DNA of 51,449 nucleotides from an uncultured Clostridia bacterium (GTDB lineage Bacteria; Bacillota; Clostridia; TANB77; CAG-508): NCBI GenBank assembly GCA_947626865.1, contig CANQTZ010000003.1, positions 1 to 51,449 of the forward strand, read 5' to 3'. Shown piece by piece: positions 44,281 to 51,449 of this stretch (position 1 is its first letter; each line of letters starts with the position of its first letter). The notes under the pieces were generated by a model. It saw only the letters and a program-made list of their open reading frames with translations, ran no database searches and was not told where the DNA came from. The position numbers and the translations under genes were made by a program.

Positions 44281-44328
44281 GAGAGATAAACAATTGGGAT
44301 AATTGGAGACGGTTTATCTCTCTTTTTT
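44281..44328 (+). terminator. Probable terminator of the TR-containing RNA
   Basis: GAGAGATAAAC...GTTTATCTCTC followed by TTTTTT. Confidence 0.65.
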
Positions 44329-44530
44329 AATAAAAAAGTATTGACAATACAAAGCATATGTAGTATTATGTTACTATAATTGGAATCAATTATTCATTTA
44401 AAATTCAAAAAAATTTAATCTTGATTTTTTCTAAAAATATTCAAATAATAAAAAAATAAACAAAGAGGTGATAAATATAAGAAAAATGAGGAAATAGAAG
44501 AAAATTATAAAATTTACTGTAAAATAAACA

Positions 44531-44559
44531 TTGACAAATAAAACAAAAATGAATATAAT
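44531..44559 (+). promoter_or_regulatory. Consensus sigma-A promoter of the Rpn array (a second at 44341-44369)
   Basis: TTGACA-17 bp-TATAAT; TTGACA-17 bp-TATTAT. Confidence 0.7.
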
Positions 44560-44577
44560 AAAGAAAAGAGTGATAAA

Positions 44578-45703
44578 GTGAAATATATAACTTATCAAGA
44601 ATACGAAAGATACATGCAAGTAAATTCGTGTTTAATGGACGAAAGTACAGAATATAAGTATGAAATTCCAGAATATTTAGAAGAAAGTGGATATAATGAA
44701 AAACAAGTAAAGGAAATAGACAAAAAACATGATAAAATGTTTAGAAAAATACTAGAAAAAAAGGAAGAAATGGCAGACTTAATAAATAACTTTTTAAAAA
44801 TAAAAGAAAAAATAAAACCAGAAAACTTAATTCAATGTCATACAGATTTTATAACAAATAAATATCAAGAAAAACATTCAGACATTGTATATAAACTAAA
44901 AGATAAACCAATATATTTTTTAGTAGAACATCAAAGTACAGTAGATAAAGAAATGCCAGAAAGGATAATGCGGATATATAGAACAAATAATGCTAAAGGG
45001 AAGAATAGAGCAGACTTATCCAATAGTAGTACCAACAGTAATATATACAGGTTTCCAAAAATGGAATGCAAAAACAAATTTTGGAGAAAAGCAATACAAT
45101 TCAAAACTATATGGAGAATATAAAATAAATCTAGGATATAATTTAATAGCAATACAAAATTATAGTTTTGAAGAATTATTAGAAAAAAGAAGCTTATTTG
45201 CAATAGGAATGATAATAGAAAAATGTAAAACCAAAGAAGAGTTAAGTGAACAAATAATCAAAATAATAGAAAACATAAGAGAAAAAGACAAAAAAGAATT
45301 AGAACAAATTATAAAAAATATAGTAATACCACAAATAGGAAAAGAAAATAGTAAAAAAATATTAGAAAAAATAAAAGAGAAGGAGATGGTAGGAATGAGT
45401 CCATTAACAAAAATGTTATTAGATTGGGAGAAGGAAAAAGAAGAAGCAAAAGCAATTAGTAGAATGGAAGGAAAGGAAGAAGGAATAACAGAGGGAAGAG
45501 AGAAAGGAAGAAAAGAAGGAAAAGTAGAAGGGAGAGAAGAAGGGAGAGAAGAAGGAAGAAAAAAAGGGAAGATAGAAGCAATGATGGAAACAGCCCAAAA
45601 ACTATTAGAAAGAAAAATGAATATTAATGATATACAAGAAATTACTGGAATAAGTAAGGAGAGATTAGAAAATATGCAGAAAGGAATGGTGATGAAATCT
45701 TAA
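44578..45703 (+). CDS. Rpn/YhgA-like PD-(D/E)XK nuclease, copy 1; +1 shift at CGGA 44971
   Basis: HDKMFR, SDIVY, LVEHQST..MPERIM-G-YIEQ, PTVIYTG...W, EGREEG repeats, IQEITGIS. Confidence 0.85.
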
Positions 45704-45704
45704 A

Positions 45705-46758
45705 GTGAAATATATAACTTATCAAGAATACGAAAAATACATGCAAGTAAATTCGTGTTTAATGGACGAAAGTACACAATATAAGTATGAAACTCCAGAA
45801 GATTTAGGAGAAAGTGGATATAATGAAAAACAAGTAAAGGAAATAGATAAAAAACATGATAAGATGTTTAGAAAGATATTAAGCCAAAAGGAAGAAATGG
45901 CAGACTTAGTAAATAACTTTTTGAAAATGAAAGAAAAAATAGAACCAGAAAATTTAATTCAATGTCATACAGATTTTATAACAAATAAATATCAAGAAAG
46001 ACATTCAGACATTGTATATAAACTAAAAGATAAACCAATATATTTTTTGATAGAACATCAAAGTACAGTAGATAAAGAAATGCCAGAAAGAATAATGCGG
46101 ATATATAGAGCAAATAATGCTAAAAGGAAGAATAGAGCAAACTTACCCAATAGTCGTACCAACAGTAATATATACAGGTTTCCAAAAATGGAATGCTAAA
46201 ACAAATTTTGGAGAGAAGCAATACAATTCAAAACTGTATGGGGAATATAAAATAAATCTAGGATATAATTTAATAGCAATACAAAATTATAGTTTTGAAG
46301 AATTATTAGAAAAAAGAAGCTTATTTGCAATAGGAATGATAATTGAAAAATGTAGAACCAAAGAAGAGTTAAGTGAACAAATAATCCAAATAATAGAAAA
46401 CATAAGAGAAGAAGACAAAAAAGAATTAGCACAAATTATAAAAAATATAGTAGTACCACAAATAGGAAAAGAAAATAGTAAAAAAATATTAGAAAAAATA
46501 AAAGAGAAGGAGATGGTAGGAATGAGCCCATTAACAAAAATGTTATTAGACTGGGAAAAGGAAAAAGAAGAAGCAAAAGCAATTAGTAGAAAGGAAGGAA
46601 AAGTAGAAGGAAGAAAAAAAGGAAAAATAGAAGCAATGTTAGAAACAGCCCAAAAACTATTAGAAAGAAAAATGAATATTGATGATATACAAGAAATTAC
46701 GGGAATAAGTAAAGAAAAATTAGAAAATATGCAGAAAGGAATGGTGATGAAATCTTAA
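45705..46758 (+). CDS. Rpn-like nuclease, copy 2; +1 shift at CGGA 46098
   Basis: Tandem paralog of copy 1 with the shift at the same codon; fewer EGxxEG repeats. Confidence 0.85.
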
Positions 46759-46759
46759 A

Positions 46760-47280
46760 GTGAAATATATAACTTACCAAGAATATGCAAAATATAAGAA
46801 TTAAGTGAACCAATAATCAAAATAATAGAAAACATAAGAGAAGAAGACAAAAAAGAATTAGAACAAATTATAAAAAATATAGTAGTACCACAAATAGGAA
46901 AAGAAAATAGTAAAAAAATATTAGAGAAAATAAAAGAGAAGGAGATGGTAGGAATGAGTCCATTAACAAAAATGTTATTAGATTGGGAGAAGGAAAAAGA
47001 AGAAGCAAAAGCAATTAGTAGAATGGAAGGAAAGGAAGAAGGAATAACAGAGGGAAGAGAGAAAGGAAGAAAAGAAGGAAAAGTAGAAGGGAGAGAAGAA
47101 GGGAGAGAAGAAGGAAGAAAAAAAGGGAAGATAGAAGCAATGATGGAAACAGCCCAAAAACTATTAGAAAGAAAAATGAATATTAATGATATACAAGAAA
47201 TTACTGGAATAAGTAAAGAAGAATTAGAAAATATGCAAAAAGAGAAGGAAAACTTTTTGCATACAGGAAGCACTAAGTAA
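46760..47280 (+). pseudogene. Rpn-like copy 3, internally deleted; C-terminal ORF 46945-47280 intact
   Basis: Starts like the other copies, stops at 46804, and jumps to the ELSE..I segment; the nuclease domain is missing. Confidence 0.75.
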
Positions 47281-48382
47281 ATTCATAATTTGACATATCA
47301 CTTATTAAATTTTCATTAGACTTTTTATAAACATTAGGAGAAAATAAAAAGTCACAACTATTTAGAACTTTTTGTTGTAGGTGAAAAGAATTGCAGTGAC
47401 TCGAATGACCAATCCAAGAATTAAGGCTTTGCATAGTATGTGAAAAGTCCAAAGTATGATTAGTATATGCACGATTCCATTTCTTAACATTTCGTTTAAT
47501 CTTTTTTTTGCTATTAGTTCTTAGTAATCTGTGAGTAGTAAAAATTCGATAACCGCAAAAATTAACTCCCATTTTGGCAGGATAATAACGAGATTTATCA
47601 TTAAGGGACAAATTTAAATTTTTATCCAAAAAAATTTCAATTTTCTTTTTAATATCAATGCACTCAGCTTTATTTTTTAAAATTAAAACAAAATCGTCCA
47701 TATATCTTGTATAAAATTTTATTTTTAGTTCTCGCTTAATGTATTGGTCTAATTCATTTAAATAAATGTTGGCAAAAAATTGACTTGTATAATTTCCAAT
47801 TGGAATACCACATTGTGTCAAATTAATTGGACCATTAAAAATTAAGATTTGAGTAAGAGCTAAAAGTTTTGAATCTTGAATGTATTTTTTCATAATATTA
47901 AATAAAATACAAGGGTTAATACTATAAAAAAACTTTTTAATATCACATTTTAAAATCCAAAAATCACCGTTGTTTCTTTGAAAAATGCGCATCTGTCTTT
48001 GTACTTCTTCAACAGCTTTATGTGTTCCGCGGTCAGTTAAGCATGCAAATGTAGTGTTGATAAATTTAGGAATAATAAAAGGTTTAATAAATTCTTCTAC
48101 ATACCATTGATGTACAATTCTGTCTTTATAAGGTAATGCTTGTATATATCGTTCTTTTGGTTCATATATTTTAAATGTAAAATATTTTCCAAGACGATAG
48201 GTACCATTTGCTAATTGATGTAATAAATTTGTAAGATTATTTTCTAAATTTAACTCATATTTAATAACTTCGCCTTTATATGTTTTATGCTGTTTTGCTC
48301 TATAATGAGCTTCAAGTAGTTTTTCAAAAGTTAATTTTTCCAAAAACCAATTTTTTATCTTTTTACACATTTTGAAATCCAT
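47273..48382 (-). CDS. DGR reverse transcriptase
   Basis: IYEPKER, PYKDRIVH, CDIKKFF, GIPIGNYTSQFFANIYL, RYMDD, FCGYR; next to avd and near a TR/VR pair. Confidence 0.95.
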   Translation of the reverse strand: MDFKMCKKIKNWFLEKLTFEKLLEAHYRAKQHKTYKGEVIKYELNLENNLTNLLHQLANGTYRLGKYFTFKIYEPKERYIQALPYKDRIVHQWYVEEFIKPFIIPKFINTTFACLTDRGTHKAVEEVQRQMRIFQRNNGDFWILKCDIKKFFYSINPCILFNIMKKYIQDSKLLALTQILIFNGPINLTQCGIPIGNYTSQFFANIYLNELDQYIKRELKIKFYTRYMDDFVLILKNKAECIDIKKKIEIFLDKNLNLSLNDKSRYYPAKMGVNFCGYRIFTTHRLLRTNSKKKIKRNVKKWNRAYTNHTLDFSHTMQSLNSWIGHSSHCNSFHLQQKVLNSCDFLFSPNVYKKSNENLISDMSNYEFT

Positions 48383-48735
48383 CCTCCTAACATATTACAA
48401 ATATCAGTAATTAATCCACTCCAAGTTTCATAATTTTGTAATGAAATATACTTATATTTATAAGATAACCTAATATGAACTTTTAATAAGTTTAATTGTA
48501 TATCTAATTCATTTAAATGTTTTAATTTATCTTGTTTTTGATATAGTTTTATGGCATACATTAAATTCCTAAGACCAGAATATAGGGAATGTTTAATTTC
48601 GTTTACTAAAGCAAAATTTTCGCTTTTAGGGTACTTTCGTACAAGGTTATTAGAATAATTAATTAATTCTAAATATTTTTGATATATTTTTAAGTTGCTT
48701 TGGTTAGAAGCTGTATTTTCATTTGTGGTACTCAA
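48355..48735 (-). CDS. avd: DGR accessory variability determinant (Avd, four-helix bundle)
   Basis: 126 aa, basic; YPKSENFAL...L...IRLSY...ICNMLGGW; overlaps the RT start. Confidence 0.88.
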   Translation of the reverse strand: MSTTNENTASNQSNLKIYQKYLELINYSNNLVRKYPKSENFALVNEIKHSLYSGLRNLMYAIKLYQKQDKLKHLNELDIQLNLLKVHIRLSYKYKYISLQNYETWSGLITDICNMLGGWISKCVKR

Positions 48736-49151
48736 AGTTTCATCTCCTTTACAAATTCTTTAGCTTTCTTATTTATATTTTCGATAAAACAATAGGCTTC
48801 GCTAATTGATAAATTATTTGAATCTACATTAGATAGTTTTTGTATAAAGTTTTTAATTTCAGAATTTAAAATATAGTCTGTGCTAGAATGAGTTTGATTA
48901 GTGCTTGTATCTACAATGTGTACGTCGTAACCATTTGAGCGTATTAATGATGAATATTTTTCTAAGTTGTTAACTGGGAATCCACATTTTAATACATTTT
49001 CATTTAAATTAGTTAATTTTAGATTTAAAAGTGTAGACATTTTTTTTGCATCTTCTTCTAGGAATATGTAAAATATTCCATTTTTGAATAAATATAGAGT
49101 GTTGGGGTTTTGTTTTTTTAGTACTAAATATCTTTCGTATAATTTGCTCAT
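48732..49151 (-). CDS. MutS domain I-like DGR accessory protein
   Basis: YLVLKKQNPNTLYLFKNGIFY...EDA...CGFP resembles the MutS mismatch-binding domain; ATGA-coupled to avd. Confidence 0.75.
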   Translation of the reverse strand: MSKLYERYLVLKKQNPNTLYLFKNGIFYIFLEEDAKKMSTLLNLKLTNLNENVLKCGFPVNNLEKYSSLIRSNGYDVHIVDTSTNQTHSSTDYILNSEIKNFIQKLSNVDSNNLSISEAYCFIENINKKAKEFVKEMKL

Positions 49152-49298
49152 AATATAAAATCCTTTCTTCCATTTTTTAGGATATTATAAACCATAAAAA
49201 AGAAAAAATCAACCCTTTAGGGTTAAAAAACTGGAAATATAAGGTAATTAAAAGTAGTAAGTAGTTGTTGTATAATAAATATAAAAAAAGTTTAGGAG

Positions 49299-49646
49299 AT
49301 GCGTAGTATGGAGTGGTATAACAGATTTTATACTAAAGAAAAATGGGTCAAAAAATCTGCTGAAATCGAAGGAAAGTTGTATGATAGATTGAAAGAAATA
49401 TCGGAAAGAGAATTAGATGCATCAGTTAATAAACTTATAGACGCTTGTGTAGATGATTTGAAACTAGAAGATAGAGTAGTTATTTATAAAAAAGAAAGGA
49501 ATGAAATAAATGTTGCAAGGTCAATTATTGTAAGAGAATCTGTTTATAAAAAGTTAGAAGATTTAAGAGAAAAATATGGAATATCCATTTCTAAAATTAT
49601 AAACATAGCAATAAAATTAGGTTTAGAAAAATATGATAGGAATTAG
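49299..49646 (+). CDS. Probable tandem ribbon-helix-helix DNA-binding protein
   Basis: Two similar halves (LYDRLKEIS...SVNKLI; VYKKLEDL...SISKII); divergent from the RT operon. Confidence 0.6.
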   Translation: MRSMEWYNRFYTKEKWVKKSAEIEGKLYDRLKEISERELDASVNKLIDACVDDLKLEDRVVIYKKERNEINVARSIIVRESVYKKLEDLREKYGISISKIINIAIKLGLEKYDRN

Positions 49647-49723
49647 AGATCTTCTGTTTAATATAGAATTGACTTATACATCTTTTTACGTTACAATATA
49701 GCAGAAAACTAAATGAGAAAGGA

Positions 49724-51376
49724 ATGAAAATTTTCATGAAAATACAATATAAAGATAAAGTAATAGAACTAAAGGAAAGGTTAACCATACAGGAAGTCTT
49801 AAAAGAAGAAATAGAAAAAAGTAAGCATCCCGTTATAGGAGCAATTTTTAATAATCAGTATGTTAATTTAGGATATAAAATTGACCAAGATGCAGAAATT
49901 AAATTAATAGATATTTCCTCAAAAGAAGGCAGTAGAATTTATAGAACCACTATAATTTATATTTTGGGAAAAGCATTTGCAAAAGTCTTTCCAGACAAAA
50001 AAATGATAGTAAATTATCAATTAACAAATTCAATGTTTTGTGAAATGGAAGGAAAGATAATAACAAAGGAAGAAATACACGAGTTGTCTGAAGAAATGAA
50101 AAAAATAGTAGAAAAAAATTTACCAATAAAGCAGGTAGTAATGACGCGTGAAGAAGCGGAAGAATTTTACAAAAAAAATGACTCATCAAAAGGTAGATTG
50201 CAATTAAATTTGCCTAATAATCCATATATTTTTATGTATTATTGCGAAGATTATTACAATTATTGTTATGGAACTATTGCTAATAGAACAGGAGTTACAA
50301 ATATCTTTGAATTGGCAAAATACGAAGATGGGTTTTTAGTAAGATATCCAAGTTCAAATAATCCAGAAAAATTGCCTAAATTAGTGCAAACAAAAAAATT
50401 AGCATGGGCTTTGAATGAATATGATGATATCCATAAAATTTTAAATGTAAATAATGTTTATAAATTAAATAATGCAGTAGAAGAAAATACAATAAAAGAT
50501 ATAATAATGTTAGATGAAGCTTTGCATGAAAAAAAGATTGCAAATATTGCAGATAAAATTGCTAAAAATAGAAATGTAAAAATGATACTAATAGCAGGGC
50601 CGTCATCTTCTGGAAAAACAACATTTGCCCAAAGACTAGGTATACAATTAAGAATTAATCGAATAAAACCTGTAACAATTTCAGTAGACAATTATTTTGT
50701 GGAAAGAAAAGACAATCCAAAAGACGAAAATGGAAATTATGACTTTGAATGTATAGAAGCAATTGATCTAAAATTATTCAACGACCATCTAACAAAACTA
50801 TTAAATGGCGAAGAAGTTGAAATGCCAGAATTTAATTTTCATACAGGTATGAAAGAATATAAAGGAAAAAAAATGAGACTAAAATCAGACGAAGTTTTAG
50901 TTATAGAAGGAATACATTGTTTAAATGATAAACTAACTAGCAAAATTTCAAAAGAACAAAAATATAAAATTTATATAAGTGCACTTACAGTATTAAATAT
51001 GGATAGATATAATCGAATATCAACAACAGATACAAGATTAGTAAGAAGAATAGTAAGGGACTATAAATTTAGAGGCTATGATGCAAAACATACTATTAGT
51101 AATTGGCATAGTGTAAATGAAGGGGAAGAAAAAAATATATTTCCATTTCAAGAAGAAGCGAATAGCATATTCAACACATCACTAATTTATGAATTAGGAG
51201 TGTTGAAAGGATTTGTCATGCCATTACTGGAAGAAATAAGACAAGAGGAACCTGAATATGCAGAAGCAAAGAGATTAATAAATATGCTAAAATACTTTGA
51301 AACTATCCCACCAGAATACGTACCAACCAATTCATTGTTAAAAGAATTTCTAGGAGGAGGAAGTTTCAAGTACTAG
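49724..51376 (+). CDS. Uridine/nucleoside kinase with N-terminal ThrRS-like (TGS/second additional) domain
   Basis: IAGPSSSGKTT, SVDNYF, IEGIHCLN, RLVRRIVRD, GEEKNIFP. Confidence 0.9.
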   Translation: MKIFMKIQYKDKVIELKERLTIQEVLKEEIEKSKHPVIGAIFNNQYVNLGYKIDQDAEIKLIDISSKEGSRIYRTTIIYILGKAFAKVFPDKKMIVNYQLTNSMFCEMEGKIITKEEIHELSEEMKKIVEKNLPIKQVVMTREEAEEFYKKNDSSKGRLQLNLPNNPYIFMYYCEDYYNYCYGTIANRTGVTNIFELAKYEDGFLVRYPSSNNPEKLPKLVQTKKLAWALNEYDDIHKILNVNNVYKLNNAVEENTIKDIIMLDEALHEKKIANIADKIAKNRNVKMILIAGPSSSGKTTFAQRLGIQLRINRIKPVTISVDNYFVERKDNPKDENGNYDFECIEAIDLKLFNDHLTKLLNGEEVEMPEFNFHTGMKEYKGKKMRLKSDEVLVIEGIHCLNDKLTSKISKEQKYKIYISALTVLNMDRYNRISTTDTRLVRRIVRDYKFRGYDAKHTISNWHSVNEGEEKNIFPFQEEANSIFNTSLIYELGVLKGFVMPLLEEIRQEEPEYAEAKRLINMLKYFETIPPEYVPTNSLLKEFLGGGSFKY

Positions 51377-51449
51377 TGTCGCATTGGGGACGTTTCATTT
51401 TCGACATTTTTGTCGGATTGGGGACAGTGTCGTATTAGGGACGTTTCTT
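51376..51449. repeat. Family A REP-like repeat, further copy (runs off the window)
   Basis: GTGTCGCATTGGGGACGTTTCATTTTCGACATTTTTGTCG...GGGGACAGTGTCG matches 788-940. Confidence 0.88.

Larger units (their letters stand above)
41709..49151. mobile_element. Diversity-generating retroelement locus: target/VR, TR, [Rpn array], RT, avd, MutS-like
   Basis: All canonical DGR parts are present; see the individual features. Confidence 0.92.

Noticed and set aside
47273-48382. Group II intron or retron RT
   Set aside because: Short RT with the GNxxSQ motif, an adjacent avd and an adenine-specific TR/VR pair indicate a DGR; no maturase or endonuclease extension.

Overview
AT-rich chromosomal window from a spore-forming, low-GC Clostridia-like bacterium (spoVAD, dpaA, ylbJ, SASP, spoIVB, rpsO-pnp, queA-tgt, era-recO, murC, tRNA-Trp, glyQS). 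The main signal is an apparent recoding rule. Nine genes are broken at 12 sites, and every break is an in-frame CGG followed by A. Skipping the C (C-GGA read as Gly, +1 frame) restores one continuous protein each time, often at a conserved glycine (UppP SRSG, Tgt PGYAIGG, ATPase Walker B IIGEV, SpoIVB GxPG). By eye I found no in-frame CGG in any intact long gene. This suggests that CGG(A) acts as a near-obligatory +1 frameshift or four-base Gly codon, but a systematic assembly error must be excluded. The window also carries a complete diversity-generating retroelement (DGR). Its 158-bp VR/TR pair has 17 differences, all at TR adenines, and its target is a type IV pilin-like protein with a C-terminal C-type-lectin-fold domain. 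The RT-avd-MutS-like operon is on the opposite strand, separated from TR by a tandem array of Rpn-like nucleases. Other features are a second pilin-like protein with a C-terminal Hint domain, a Tad/Flp-like pilus locus with a pilin array, a Trp-heptad repeat protein, and long inverted repeats enclosing 57-bp cores between divergent genes. All calls come from manual reading; no database searches were run.
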